From contig JAZRHF010000052.1 in NCBI GenBank assembly GCA_045644565.1, positions 5,402-69,401 of the forward strand: a stretch of 64,000 bases of DNA, in the 5' to 3' direction. The position numbers and the translations under genes were made by a program. The first letter of the stretch is position 1, and each line of letters begins with the position of its first letter. The notes below the pieces were generated by a model, which was given only the letters and a program-made list of their open reading frames with translations, was not told the DNA's origin and did not search any database. Shown piece after piece: positions 15,631 through 26,413 of this stretch. This stretch comes from Clostridia bacterium (GTDB lineage: Bacteria > Bacillota > Clostridia > CAKSNL01 > HGM11501).

Positions 15631-16545
15631 TCACTTCTTTCGGAGTATTTCAAGAACATGAGCAAAATCTTCAGGTATGGGACAGGATAATGTAACCTTT
15701 TCTCCCGTTCTCGGATGTATAAAGGATATCTCGCCTGCGTGAAGAAGCTGACCCTCCAAAGTAAAGCGTTCGTTTTTTATTCCGTAGGTTTTATCCCCCA
15801 CAACGCTGTGCCCCATATGCTTCATATGAACTCTTATCTGATGAGTTCTTCCTGTTGCAAGCTTGCATTTAAGAAGGGTATATGAAGAAAATCGCTCCTC
15901 TACGAAAAAGTGTGTAAGGGCATATCTGCCGTCCTTCACAACAGCCATCTGCTTTCTGTCCTTGGGATTTCTTCCGATGGGTGCTTCCACCATTCCCTCA
16001 TCCTCTTTTATGTTTCCGTTTACCAGCGTGTAGTAAACCCTTGAAAGTGAACGGTCTGAAAGCTGTTCGGTCAGGAATTTATGAGCCTCATCATTTTTGG
16101 CTATAACCAAAAGTCCCGTTGTGTCCTTATCTATTCTGTGCACGATTCCCGGGCGGAATTTTCCGTTTATTCCAGAAAGTGTATTTCCACAATGAAAAAG
16201 TGCCGCATTAACTAAAGTTCCGTGCTCATTTCCCACCGCCGGATGAACAACCATACCACGTGGCTTATTTACCACCAGAACGTCCTCGTCCTCATAAACG
16301 ATATTAAGGGGAATATCCTCAGGCTCCGCTTCGATAGGTGAAGGTTCCTCCTCTGTTACCGATATTATGTCCCCCACCTTCGTTTTATAGTTGCTTTTTA
16401 CTTCCTTTTCATTTACGAGAACATTTCCTTCTTCAATAAGTCTTTTTGCATAAGACCTGGAAATGTTAGGAAACTCATCTGCTATTAAAACGTCGATTCT
16501 TTTGATTTCTTTCGCAGAAAACTCAAAGGTTTCCATCGGTATCAC
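15631..16545 (-). CDS. rluD: RluA-family 23S rRNA pseudouridine synthase (RluD-like)
   Basis: S4 domain at the N-terminus and catalytic HRIDKDTTGLL. The start could instead be the ATG at 16536. Confidence 0.9.
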   Translation of the reverse strand: MIPMETFEFSAKEIKRIDVLIADEFPNISRSYAKRLIEEGNVLVNEKEVKSNYKTKVGDIISVTEEEPSPIEAEPEDIPLNIVYEDEDVLVVNKPRGMVVHPAVGNEHGTLVNAALFHCGNTLSGINGKFRPGIVHRIDKDTTGLLVIAKNDEAHKFLTEQLSDRSLSRVYYTLVNGNIKEDEGMVEAPIGRNPKDRKQMAVVKDGRYALTHFFVEERFSSYTLLKCKLATGRTHQIRVHMKHMGHSVVGDKTYGIKNERFTLEGQLLHAGEISFIHPRTGEKVTLSCPIPEDFAHVLEILRKK

Positions 16546-17038
16546 CGCCGTTTTTCTTCATTTCCTTTTCTTTAATTTCGGCTTTGATGCAATAAATTAT
16601 CATCAACCCTACTCCCACAACCACAAAGCAATCGGCTATATTGAATATAGGAAATTCTATAGCTTTAAAATGCAAAAAGTCAACAACTTCTCCTTTTATG
16701 ATTCTGTCGATAAGATTACCGATACCCCCGCCGATTATAAATGTTACTGCTGTTAAATAAAGCTTGTTTTTCTCCTTTGTTTTAGCGGTATATAAAATTA
16801 TAGCTGCAATCAATATTACTGTAACCGCTATAAAAAACCATCTTGCCCAACCAACTTCATCCATGAAACCAAAAGAAGCCCCGGGATTTTTTATAAATGT
16901 AATATGAAACACATCTGTCAAAAGAGGAATACTTTCCTGTTCAACCATGTTGCTTTCTATTAAAAATTTGCTTACAGCGTCTATAATCACAATAAGAACT
17001 GCCATTATTCCCCATGGCAACAAATACATTTCTGTCAT
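16523..17038 (-). CDS. lspA: lipoprotein signal peptidase II
   Basis: Four TM segments with the NPGASFG and FNIADCFVVVG motifs. Confidence 0.9.
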   Translation of the reverse strand: MTEMYLLPWGIMAVLIVIIDAVSKFLIESNMVEQESIPLLTDVFHITFIKNPGASFGFMDEVGWARWFFIAVTVILIAAIILYTAKTKEKNKLYLTAVTFIIGGGIGNLIDRIIKGEVVDFLHFKAIEFPIFNIADCFVVVGVGLMIIYCIKAEIKEKEMKKNGGDTDGNL

Positions 17039-17091
17039 CCTTTCTAAAACGACAACAGAATTTGAAAACTTTTCAAATTCTGTTGATTACT

Positions 17092-17535
17092 TTACTCTGT
17101 CTTGTTGAGATACTTAATCTGGGCTTCAAAAAGTGCACTCATCTTAGTAATAAAAAGGTCAACTTCAGCTTTCAATGCTTCCTTTTTACGCTCTAAAACA
17201 GCAACTTCTTCCTCTGCTTTATTTTTCATGGCAAATGCTTCATTCTCAGCGGTCTTCTTTATAAATTCAGCCGCCTGTTCAGCATTAGCCTTAATTTCCT
17301 CTCCTGATTTTTCTGCGGTAACCAAAACTTTATGCAAAGTTTCCTTCATAGCTTCGCTTTCAGAAAGCTTTGCTTCAAGTTCTTTTATTTTTTTCTTCAT
17401 ATCCGCATTTTCTATGTAAAGAGTTTCATAATCTTTTTTGAGTAAGTCTAAAGTTTTGTCAACATCCTCTGTGTCGTATCCTCCCAAAACCTTTTTCTCA
17501 AATTCAATCTGTTCAAGCTCTAACGGTGAATACAT
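17092..17535 (-). CDS. divIVA: DivIVA-domain cell-division protein
   Basis: N-terminal SPLELEQIEFEKKVLGGYDTEDVD motif followed by coiled coil. Confidence 0.85.
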   Translation of the reverse strand: MYSPLELEQIEFEKKVLGGYDTEDVDKTLDLLKKDYETLYIENADMKKKIKELEAKLSESEAMKETLHKVLVTAEKSGEEIKANAEQAAEFIKKTAENEAFAMKNKAEEEVAVLERKKEALKAEVDLFITKMSALFEAQIKYLNKTE

Positions 17536-17549
17536 ATCAAACGTCCTCC

Positions 17550-18311
17550 TTATTTATATTTCTTAATTTCAATGAATAATCTGCCTTTTTTACTTAAATC
17601 TCCGAGTTTTTCGATTACCGCCTTTCCCTTTCCTCTTAAGGAAACCGAATCCCCTTCCGAAAGTCTTTTATCACAGGATTCAAATATTCTGTGATTCACA
17701 GAAACAAGTCCGCGCTTTAATGCCTCCGAAGCATCAGACCTTGAAAGATTAAACATTGCCGCAATCACGGCATCGGCTCTCAATGATGCCACACTCTTTT
17801 TCAAGGTGTCAAATTCTCTTTCTACCTCTATATCTTCGCATCGGCATATTTCGTTTTTTACGTTGCTTTTCTTTACAGATATGAAGTTTTCCGCTATATA
17901 GGATGCCATTTTATTTAAGACAAAAATATAACACTCATTGTCTTTTTTCACAATGTCACCAATATTTTCCCTTGTTATTCCAAGTCCCATGAGACTTCCC
18001 AAAAAGTCTCTGTGGGAAACATCATTAAAATCTCCCTGAGATTTTATGATGCATATAGGAAATTCGTCTTCTGAAGCACCAAATCCGAGAACGCATCTTT
18101 CAGCATCCTTAAACCCTCCGTAAAAAGAGGCATCCGCCCCCTTGAAAGCAATCTCACAAAGAGCTGAATCCGCCGGAGACAAGAACCCTGTAAAACAGGC
18201 TATACCCCGTTTTTCCGAAAAAGAATAGGCATCGTATGCTTTAGCAAGCATAAGCTTTTCTTCTTCACCTTTTCCGTGGATTATAACATCCTGCTTAAGT
18301 AAACCAGACAA
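17550..18311 (-). CDS. ylmH: YlmH-like S4-domain RNA-binding protein
   Basis: Position in the ylm cluster and a C-terminal S4-like segment. The start is uncertain because it overlaps yggT. Confidence 0.75.
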   Translation of the reverse strand: MSGLLKQDVIIHGKGEEEKLMLAKAYDAYSFSEKRGIACFTGFLSPADSALCEIAFKGADASFYGGFKDAERCVLGFGASEDEFPICIIKSQGDFNDVSHRDFLGSLMGLGITRENIGDIVKKDNECYIFVLNKMASYIAENFISVKKSNVKNEICRCEDIEVEREFDTLKKSVASLRADAVIAAMFNLSRSDASEALKRGLVSVNHRIFESCDKRLSEGDSVSLRGKGKAVIEKLGDLSKKGRLFIEIKKYK

Positions 18312-18544
18312 CGTTCTATTACTCCTATCAACAACATAACTACTACGGGAGAAAAGTCAAGAGGCAAATCTCCAAGGGGTGTTTTCCAAAGCAAATTCCT
18401 TACGGGATTTATTACCGGATCTGTTATTTTGCAAAGAAAAGCATATATTCCGCTATAACCGAAAAATGACATAATACATCTTGCAAGAATTATAAATTCA
18501 TATATTTCCAGTAATCTGTAAAGTATATAAATCAAAATATCCAT
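18281..18544 (-). CDS. yggT: YggT/YlmG family membrane protein
   Basis: 87 aa with two TM segments, located between sepF and ylmH. Confidence 0.8.
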   Translation of the reverse strand: MDILIYILYRLLEIYEFIILARCIMSFFGYSGIYAFLCKITDPVINPVRNLLWKTPLGDLPLDFSPVVVMLLIGVIERCLVYLSRML

Positions 18545-18547
18545 TTA

Positions 18548-19033
18548 TCAATAGCTCCAGGGGAATATACCCTTATTTTTAAGTTCGTCCTTAAAGTCTC
18601 CGAGTATTCCTACATTGTAGGGGGTTACAAGAAAAATCATATTTGATATTTTCTGAATATCTCCTCCGATGGAATATGCCGCACCTGAAACAAAGTCAAC
18701 CATGCGTCTTGCCTGCTCTTTTTCAATCTTCTCAAGATTTACGATTACAGGCTTATTGGACTTTAAGTTGTCCGCAATTTCTCTTGCTTCTTCAAAGCTT
18801 TCGGGCTGAAGTACAACAACCTTAAACTGTGTTGTAGATGTAATATTTACAACCTTTCCCTTTTTGCCTGACTGTCTCTGGGAGTCTCTCTCCTCATCTC
18901 TTTGAGGGAAAATGTCCCTTTTCTCTTCTTTTCTGAAATCATTTTTATTTGATTTTTCTTCTTTTGCTTCAAATTCATCGGAATATTCTTCAGGTCCGAA
19001 TATCATATCACCTATTTTATTAAGAATTCCCAT
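18548..19033 (-). CDS. sepF: cell division protein SepF
   Basis: GAGGTG RBS and ATG at 19033. Conserved C-terminal domain VVVLQPESFEEAREIADNLKSNKPVIVNL. Confidence 0.9.
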   Translation of the reverse strand: MGILNKIGDMIFGPEEYSDEFEAKEEKSNKNDFRKEEKRDIFPQRDEERDSQRQSGKKGKVVNITSTTQFKVVVLQPESFEEAREIADNLKSNKPVIVNLEKIEKEQARRMVDFVSGAAYSIGGDIQKISNMIFLVTPYNVGILGDFKDELKNKGIFPWSY

Positions 19034-19047
19034 TAAAAACACCTCTT

Positions 19048-19743
19048 TTATTTATTATAGTTTCTTTCTCCAAATATTTTTGTTCCGACTCTCACTATGG
19101 TAGCTCCTTCTTCAACTGCAACCTCATAATCCCCGCTCATACCCATAGAAAGTGTATCAAACGACGGACAAATAAGCTTTGCCTCTTCGAAGCATTCTTT
19201 CATTTTTTTGAAAATTTCTCTGTTTTCCTCTGCATTTTCAACAAAAGGTGCAACAGTCATAAAGCCCCTGAGTTTAAGATTCGGAAATTCATTCATTTCC
19301 CTTAACACATCTATTATATATTGAGTTTCACTAATTGTCAAACCAAATTTATTGTCTTCTTCGCCTGAATTTATTTCCACCAGACATGAAACTTCTTTTC
19401 CGCATTTTTCCGCTTCGGAATTTATCTTTTCCGCAAGAGCAGGGCTATCCACCGAATGTATCATGAGTGCTCTCGGCACCACATACTTAACCTTATTTTT
19501 TTGAAGATGTCCTATAAAATGCCAAGGCAAATCAGGTCTTAAATCAAACTTTTCCTTAAATTCCTGAACATAGTTTTCGCCAAGCAAAACATCGCACTCT
19601 GCCGCTCTTACCGCCTCTTCCAAAGGCTTTGTTTTTGAAACCGCCATAAGAGATACTTCTTCGGGATTTCTGTTGCTCCGCAGTGCCGCCTCGGAAATTT
19701 TCTCCTTAATTATCTTTATGTTTTCTTCAATCGTAAAACTCAC
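19048..19743 (-). CDS. yggS: YggS-family pyridoxal-phosphate homeostasis protein
   Basis: AVSKTKP PLP-lysine motif. 231 aa. Confidence 0.9.
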   Translation of the reverse strand: MSFTIEENIKIIKEKISEAALRSNRNPEEVSLMAVSKTKPLEEAVRAAECDVLLGENYVQEFKEKFDLRPDLPWHFIGHLQKNKVKYVVPRALMIHSVDSPALAEKINSEAEKCGKEVSCLVEINSGEEDNKFGLTISETQYIIDVLREMNEFPNLKLRGFMTVAPFVENAEENREIFKKMKECFEEAKLICPSFDTLSMGMSGDYEVAVEEGATIVRVGTKIFGERNYNK

Positions 19744-20896
19744 TTAAATCCCCTTCCACAACTACCACATCATAGTTTTTAATTTCAGTACTTCCCGAAG
19801 GATTTATGACGGTATGATTACTGTTTCTGTGTATAATCTCTGCCGCCTTGAATATCAAAGAGTTTCCTTTTTTTACAAAAACTCCTTCTTTTCCATCATA
19901 AATATGAATTGCCTCCGTGGGCACTATATACCCCGTAAATCTGTTAAAGGTCAATGTTACATCAATTTTTCTCATGTCACCGATACGGGAAAAGTCCTTG
20001 TCAGAAGATATGGTTACTATGCAAAATCCGTTGTCGGGTTCGGATATGTGCACTATGTTGCCATCTATACGTTCTCCCGTATCTGTTACAATTTCAGCCT
20101 TAGCCGAGACTTTGGTTTTCGCCGCATAATCAGTCGGAACCTTGCTCATTAAAAGCCAGTTGTAATTGTCAACAATTTTGCACTGCTTATCCTTTTTTGA
20201 CACTTCATTTTCCATTATGTCATCAAATTCAGTAACGGTTATGTTTTGTGCCTTTTCAAAGGTAACAAGGCCTTCATAGCCGTCAGTTCCCACGGTGAAT
20301 ATTCCTCCCATGGGTGCTTTTTTCGTTTCTCTTCCCGCTGACAGCTTTGACTCAAGAGCTTCCTTTTCTTTATTAAGCTTTTTCTCTTCACTCTCGTTAG
20401 TGTTTGTTCCGGAATATCTTATGTTCATAAGCCTTACTATATTGTCTCTCGCCAAGGAAGACTCCGATATATCACCCTTTTTCGCTGCATCAAAATAGTT
20501 TTCCGAATAAAGATCTATAAACTGTTCAATCTTTCCCATATCTCTAACGGTAAGCTCTGTATAGTCATTATCCAATCCGCTGAGCCTGTCATTTATATCG
20601 TCTATTTTAGCGAGAATTTCCCCGTCGGTTTCGTTGTCATATACGGTGGCAATATGGGAACCGCTCGCCACTTTTTCTCCCTCTTCACAATAAAGCCTTA
20701 CATATGACCCTCCGGACAGGTCAACCAACGCTTCGTTTTTCACAATATATCCGACAGCATTCACAGAATCAGTCATGGTCTGCACGGTAACGGTTATATT
20801 TTTTCTGGGATTAATTTCATTCCAAATAAATATTCCCGCAAAAACAACAGTTACAGATACAAGCAGTACCACTATTAGTAAAACCCGTTTTCTCAT
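19727..20896 (-). CDS. membrane-anchored HlyD-like (barrel-sandwich) protein
   Basis: Start MRKRVLLIVVLLV at 20896, in an ATGA overlap with the miaA stop. N-terminal TM segment, a biotinyl/lipoyl-like segment and a coiled-coil region. Confidence 0.6.
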   Translation of the reverse strand: MRKRVLLIVVLLVSVTVVFAGIFIWNEINPRKNITVTVQTMTDSVNAVGYIVKNEALVDLSGGSYVRLYCEEGEKVASGSHIATVYDNETDGEILAKIDDINDRLSGLDNDYTELTVRDMGKIEQFIDLYSENYFDAAKKGDISESSLARDNIVRLMNIRYSGTNTNESEEKKLNKEKEALESKLSAGRETKKAPMGGIFTVGTDGYEGLVTFEKAQNITVTEFDDIMENEVSKKDKQCKIVDNYNWLLMSKVPTDYAAKTKVSAKAEIVTDTGERIDGNIVHISEPDNGFCIVTISSDKDFSRIGDMRKIDVTLTFNRFTGYIVPTEAIHIYDGKEGVFVKKGNSLIFKAAEIIHRNSNHTVINPSGSTEIKNYDVVVVEGDLSEFYD

Positions 20897-21828
20897 ATAT
20901 TTTCCCTCTCTGAAAGAAATTTTTCCACCAAGCTTTCCGCTTCGGCAAAAGGATTTCCTCCGCAATCAATAAGCCTTGCATCATCGTTTCTTCTAAACCA
21001 GGTCATTTGCCTTTTCGCATAATGCCTTGTATCTTTTTTAAGCTCCAAAACCGCTTCGGCAAGTTCCATCTCACCTTCAAGCACACTCTTAAACTCTTTA
21101 TATCCTATTGCCTGAAGACAAGTTGCCGTTTTGTTTTCTATGGTTTCATAAAGCCATTTAGCTTCCTCAAAAAGGCCTTCTTCCATCATCATGTCAACAC
21201 GCTTTTCAATTCTTTCATAAAGAACCTCTCTGTCATGGGTTAAAACCAGATATAAAACATCGTATCTGCTTTCAACAACTTCTCTCTTAATACTTTGCGA
21301 AAGACTCATGCCTGTTGACTTTATAATTTCAATTGCCCTTATAACTCTTTTAAGGTTATTGGGATGAAGATTTTTTGCCGCCTCAGAATCAAGCTCTTCA
21401 AGAATTTTATGAACCCTTTCATTTCCTTCTTTTTCAGCCAGAAGGGAAAGCTCTTCCCTTAGTTCTTCGTTTTCAGCCGCACTGCTGAAGGTCGATTCTT
21501 TAACCAGAGAATCAATATAGAGTCCCGTTCCGCCGGCAACTATCGGAATATGCCCCCTCTTTGCAATATCGCAAATTACCTCATGGGCTTTCATGCAATA
21601 ATCAACCACAGAAAAATTCTCATTGATATCAAGAATATCTATCATGTGGTGAGGTGCTTCCTTCTGTTCCTCAATTGTGGGCTTTGCCGTTCCTATATTA
21701 AGTTTTTTATAAATCTGCATGGAATCGGCAGACACTATTTCACCGTCGAATTTTTTAGCCAAGTGAATCGCCAACGAGGTTTTACCCGATGCCGTAGGTC
21801 CTGCCACCACAATCAAGGGTGTTTTCAT
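20893..21828 (-). CDS. miaA: tRNA dimethylallyltransferase
   Basis: GPTASGKT P-loop and family-wide similarity. Confidence 0.95.
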   Translation of the reverse strand: MKTPLIVVAGPTASGKTSLAIHLAKKFDGEIVSADSMQIYKKLNIGTAKPTIEEQKEAPHHMIDILDINENFSVVDYCMKAHEVICDIAKRGHIPIVAGGTGLYIDSLVKESTFSSAAENEELREELSLLAEKEGNERVHKILEELDSEAAKNLHPNNLKRVIRAIEIIKSTGMSLSQSIKREVVESRYDVLYLVLTHDREVLYERIEKRVDMMMEEGLFEEAKWLYETIENKTATCLQAIGYKEFKSVLEGEMELAEAVLELKKDTRHYAKRQMTWFRRNDDARLIDCGGNPFAEAESLVEKFLSERENI

Positions 21829-23729
21829 ATTCTTTTGAATTCCCTTTCTATTTTATCCTTTGTTATTTTTATGCACAAAGGTCTTCCGTGGGGACAAGTG
21901 TTAATACCCTCCAGCGAAAGAACTCTTAACGCAAGGTTTTTCTGCTCTTCCATTGTCAATGTTCTGTTTGCTTTAATTGCAGACTTACATGAAACAGAGT
22001 ACATTGCTCTTTCTTCCAAAAACGTTCTCTTATCATGCCTTGAGTCTGACAAAATATCAATCATTTCGATTAAAATGTCCGAAATGTCCCCATCTTCCGT
22101 GCCTGTGGGAACACACCTTACCATTACGTCTCTTTCTCCCATAGCCTCTGTTTCAAAGCCGATTGAAGAGAAAAATTCCTTATTATCTTCCCAAACTGCC
22201 ATCTCTTCGGGATTTAAGGCTACCATTTCGGGAAGCATAAGCATCTGACTTTCGGGTTCTGACGCATCTCTCTTTTTCTTGAGTTCCTCATAATTGAGTC
22301 GTTCGTGGGCGGCGTGCTGATCTATAATAAGCATTTCCCCGTCCACTTCTGCAAGAATATATGTTTCAAACACCTGACCTATTATCCTTACATCCGTCTC
22401 CTTCGGAATTTCCATTTCCTGCTGAAGCTCTTTTACATCTTCAAGCTTGATTTCTGTCTGAGGCTCTTCTTTTAAGGGAGCTGTCTCATACTTTACGGCA
22501 GGCTCCGATGCAAAAGAAGCAGGCTTTTCTAATGCCTTCGGCATTTCCGTAGGAGAAACAGGAGTTACTCTCGTAAATCCAACGGGAGGCTTTTTCTCTT
22601 CTGTCAGCCTTACAACCGTCTTAAAAGGTTCTTCCTTTTTGGAAGCTTCTTCATTTTTAACCGGGAATATCACTTCTTTTTCAGGAGCGATTTTTATATC
22701 GGGAGTTCTTTCGTTAGATGCCGTAACAGACGGTACATAGGGCTTTTCATAAAGGGTATTTTTACAGCCCCAGTACAAGCAATCGTAAATTTCTTTTTCG
22801 TCTATAAATTTAACCTCTGTTTTAGAAGGATGAACATTTACATCCACTCTGTCATTGGCGATTTCCACATTAAGTACCGCAGCAGGGAATTTTCCCACCG
22901 TAAGCTGATTTTTATAGCTTTCCGAAAGAGCGAAGGACATAACCTTGCTTACAACGCTTCTGCCGTTTACATAAAAGAGCTGCATATTGCGGTTGGGACG
23001 GGCAACTGCCGCACTTCCGATATAACCTGTAACACGGACCCCTTCGCTTTCATAGGAAAGCGGCATCATGTTTTTGGAAAAATCCTTTCCGAAAACTGCA
23101 AAAATTGCATTAAGCAACTCCCCGTCACCGGGAGTGAAGAAAACTTCTTTTCCCGATGCAATATACTTAAAAGAAACATCGGGGCGTGAAAGTGCCGCCT
23201 TCTGACAAACATCGGTAACTGCCGCAGTTTCCGCACTGTCCTTTTTAAGAAACTTAAATCTTGCAGGAGTGTTGTAAAAAAGTTCCTTAACGGTTATGGT
23301 AGTTCCTCTTTTAGCTCCCACACATTCACTTTCTCCGTATTCTCCGCCTTCTACAGAAATTTTGATACCCATTTCAGCTTCTTCGGTTTTAGTGATAAGC
23401 TCTGTTTTTGAAACAGCGGCAATGGAAGCCAACGCCTCACCACGGAATCCGTAAGTACCGATTGCATAAAGGTCTTCCGCATCTCTTATCTTGCTTGTGG
23501 CATGGGGCATGAATGCTGTTAAAATATCATCCTCTTCAATTCCCGTGCCGTCATCTGTAACCCTTATATATCCGATACCGCCGTTTTTGATTTCAATGGT
23601 AATGGACTTTGCTCCTGCATCCAGGGAGTTTTCAATAAGTTCTTTTACCGCTGAAGCAGGACGGGCTACAACCTCACCTGCCGCAATTTTATTGGATACC
23701 GATTTATCAAGTACATGAATTTTTCCCAT
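21825..23729 (-). CDS. mutL: DNA mismatch repair protein MutL
   Basis: N-terminal GHKL ATPase NKIAAGEVVARPASAVKELIENSLDAG. Confidence 0.95.
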   Translation of the reverse strand: MGKIHVLDKSVSNKIAAGEVVARPASAVKELIENSLDAGAKSITIEIKNGGIGYIRVTDDGTGIEEDDILTAFMPHATSKIRDAEDLYAIGTYGFRGEALASIAAVSKTELITKTEEAEMGIKISVEGGEYGESECVGAKRGTTITVKELFYNTPARFKFLKKDSAETAAVTDVCQKAALSRPDVSFKYIASGKEVFFTPGDGELLNAIFAVFGKDFSKNMMPLSYESEGVRVTGYIGSAAVARPNRNMQLFYVNGRSVVSKVMSFALSESYKNQLTVGKFPAAVLNVEIANDRVDVNVHPSKTEVKFIDEKEIYDCLYWGCKNTLYEKPYVPSVTASNERTPDIKIAPEKEVIFPVKNEEASKKEEPFKTVVRLTEEKKPPVGFTRVTPVSPTEMPKALEKPASFASEPAVKYETAPLKEEPQTEIKLEDVKELQQEMEIPKETDVRIIGQVFETYILAEVDGEMLIIDQHAAHERLNYEELKKKRDASEPESQMLMLPEMVALNPEEMAVWEDNKEFFSSIGFETEAMGERDVMVRCVPTGTEDGDISDILIEMIDILSDSRHDKRTFLEERAMYSVSCKSAIKANRTLTMEEQKNLALRVLSLEGINTCPHGRPLCIKITKDKIEREFKRI

Positions 23730-23753
23730 GAAAAATCCACCCTTTCCGATTTT

Positions 23754-26360
23754 TTACGCTTCCTCCGCCTTGTTTTTAAGTTCGTTTAATAAGTTCAATG
23801 CTTCAAGGGGTGAAATCGTGGTTATATCCGTCATTCTCAGACGGTCAATAATCGAATCCTTAACCATGCCCGACATATCAAGCTGAGTTTCCCTCTCCAC
23901 TCTCTCCTTGGGCTTTCTTTCTCTCGGATTTTCCGATTCAACCTTGGTTAAGATTTCTTTAGCACGTTTTATTATGCTGTCTTTAATTCCCGCAAGACGG
24001 GCAACTTCAATACCGTAGCTTTCATCAGCACCGCCTCTTATAATTTTACGAAGGAAAATTATATCATCCCCGCGCTTTTTAACTGCAATGCAGTAATTTT
24101 TCGTGCCGGGAAGAATACTTTCAAGCTCAGTAAGTTCGTGATAATGGGTTGCAAAAAGTGTTCTTGCCTTTATTTTTTCAGAGCAGTATTCAACAATCGC
24201 CCATGCCATTGAAAGTCCGTCATAGGTGCTTGTTCCTCTTCCTATTTCGTCCAAAATAATAAGGCTCTTTTTCGTTGCATTATTTACAATTTCAGCAACC
24301 TCGCTCATTTCAACCATATACGTACTTCTGCCGGAGGATAAATCATCCGAAGCACCCACACGGGTGAAAATTTTATCAACCACCCCTACATGGCAGAATG
24401 TTGCAGGAACAAAAGAACCAATCTGCGCCATTAAGGTGATTAATGCCACCTGACGCATATATGTGGATTTACCTGCCATGTTGGGTCCTGTTATTATCGC
24501 CATGGAGTCGCCTTTTCCCGAAAGGTTTGTATCGTTGGGAACGAAAAGTTCCTTTTCATTTATAAGTTCAACTACAGGATGACGGCCGTCCTTTATTTCA
24601 AGATTTTCGCTTCCGTCAACTATGGGCATACAGTAGGAATTTTTAACCGCCACATGAGCAAAGGAGCAAATAACATCCATAACCCCTATGGCATGGGAGG
24701 TTTTTTGTATGCTTCCGATTTTTTCCTTTACGGCAGATACCACCTTCATAAAGGCTTCGTATTCAAGTCTTATCACCTTTTCAGATGCACTTAATACATC
24801 CTTTTCAACCTCTTTAAGCTCTTCCGTTATGTATCTTTCGCCGTTGGTAAGGGTTTGCTTTCTTATGTAGTCAAGAGGAACCTTGTCCTTATGTACATTT
24901 GAAATTTCGATGTAGTAGCCGAAAACCTTGTTGTATCCAACCTTAAGCTTGGGAATTCCCGTTCTTTCCCTTTCCCTTGCTTCAATTCCTGCCAGAATCC
25001 CCTTACTGTCTGTCATAAGCTTGTTAAGATAGTCAATTTCCTCGGAAAAGCCCTCTTTAATAATCTTACCTTCTCTGACGGTTATGGGGGTATCTTTATC
25101 CACGATTGCCATATCAATAAGCATGGTTAAATCGTTTAAGATTTCAATATCGTCGCTCTGCTTTTTCATAAAATCAGAGGTGAACTTCTCGCTTTCTTCC
25201 TTTATGGCAGGAAGCATCATAAGTGAAGTTTTAAGTGCCACAAGATCCCTTGGGTTAACAGTTCCGAGAGATACTCTGCTCACAATTCTTTCAACGTCGT
25301 TAACCGAAGAGAAAAGGTCACGAAGGTTAGTTCTCACCTGAAGCTTTTCTGCCGCTTCACCAACAGCATCCTGTCTCTTTTTAATTTTAACGGTATCAAT
25401 AAGAGGTCTTAAAATCCAGCTTTTAACCGTTCTTCTTCCCATGGTGGTTAAGGTTTTATCAAGGACGCTTAAAAGAGTTCCTCTCTTTGTTTTATCCTGC
25501 ATATTTTCGCAGAGCTCAAGATTTTTCTGTGCAACGCTTCCCACTTCCATATAGCGGTTCGTGGTGAAAAATTCAATATCCTTCATGTGGGAAAGTTCAA
25601 CCTTCTGAGTTTCCATTATGTAGGATAAAAGGGCGGAAAGTGCACCCATCAAAGCTTTTTTATCCTTAAGCTTGTCCCCTTCTTTTCCAAACTGCTTTCC
25701 GATTATGGAAATTGCGTTATCATAATCAAAATAGCTGTCATCGCAGGAAAAGCAAAGTGCTTTTGTTTTATCGTTTATATAGTTAACCAAAGAAGAATCT
25801 GCCACCGCACCGCTTCCAAGCAATATTTCCACGGGTGAAAATCTGTCGATTTCACTTATAAGTTCGGAATTATACTCATCCTTCAAAAATTCCGTAACCA
25901 AAACCTCACCTGTCGAAACATCGGCAATGGCAAGAGCCGTTACTTCTTCTGACTTATTTATGGAACACATATAGTTTGTAGGTCGGGAATCAAGCACCGC
26001 CTCATCGGTAATTGTTCCCGGCGTTACAACCCTTATAACGTCACGCTTAACGAGCCCCTTTGCTTCTTTAGGGTCTTCCACCTGTTCGCAGATTGCAACT
26101 TTGAATCCCTTTGAAACAAGACGGGAAATATAGTTATCCGCCGCATGGAAGGGCACACCGCACATGGGTGCACGCTCAGCAAGCCCGCAGTCCTTCCCTG
26201 TTAAAACAAGGTCAAGGGCACTTGATGCGGTTTTCGCATCGTCGAAAAACATTTCGTAAAAGTCTCCCACACGGTACATAAGTATTGAATCCGGATATTC
26301 GTCCTTTGTAGCAAGATACTGCCTCATCATGGCAGATAATTTGCTTCTGTCCTCGATCAT
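23754..26360 (-). CDS. mutS: DNA mismatch repair protein MutS
   Basis: MMRQYL N-terminus, Walker A GPNMAGKST, STYMVEM. Confidence 0.95.
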   Translation of the reverse strand: MIEDRSKLSAMMRQYLATKDEYPDSILMYRVGDFYEMFFDDAKTASSALDLVLTGKDCGLAERAPMCGVPFHAADNYISRLVSKGFKVAICEQVEDPKEAKGLVKRDVIRVVTPGTITDEAVLDSRPTNYMCSINKSEEVTALAIADVSTGEVLVTEFLKDEYNSELISEIDRFSPVEILLGSGAVADSSLVNYINDKTKALCFSCDDSYFDYDNAISIIGKQFGKEGDKLKDKKALMGALSALLSYIMETQKVELSHMKDIEFFTTNRYMEVGSVAQKNLELCENMQDKTKRGTLLSVLDKTLTTMGRRTVKSWILRPLIDTVKIKKRQDAVGEAAEKLQVRTNLRDLFSSVNDVERIVSRVSLGTVNPRDLVALKTSLMMLPAIKEESEKFTSDFMKKQSDDIEILNDLTMLIDMAIVDKDTPITVREGKIIKEGFSEEIDYLNKLMTDSKGILAGIEARERERTGIPKLKVGYNKVFGYYIEISNVHKDKVPLDYIRKQTLTNGERYITEELKEVEKDVLSASEKVIRLEYEAFMKVVSAVKEKIGSIQKTSHAIGVMDVICSFAHVAVKNSYCMPIVDGSENLEIKDGRHPVVELINEKELFVPNDTNLSGKGDSMAIITGPNMAGKSTYMRQVALITLMAQIGSFVPATFCHVGVVDKIFTRVGASDDLSSGRSTYMVEMSEVAEIVNNATKKSLIILDEIGRGTSTYDGLSMAWAIVEYCSEKIKARTLFATHYHELTELESILPGTKNYCIAVKKRGDDIIFLRKIIRGGADESYGIEVARLAGIKDSIIKRAKEILTKVESENPRERKPKERVERETQLDMSGMVKDSIIDRLRMTDITTISPLEALNLLNELKNKAEEA

Positions 26361-26413
26361 TTAATCACATCCAATCTGTTTTCAGCTCGTCACGGGACAT
26401 TCGCGAATGTCCC

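Noticed and set aside
19727-20896. The HlyD-like gene as evidence of an efflux or secretion system.
   Set aside because: No ABC/RND or outer partner gene is adjacent. It is translationally coupled to miaA inside a housekeeping block. The function stays unknown, and no system can be argued from this window.
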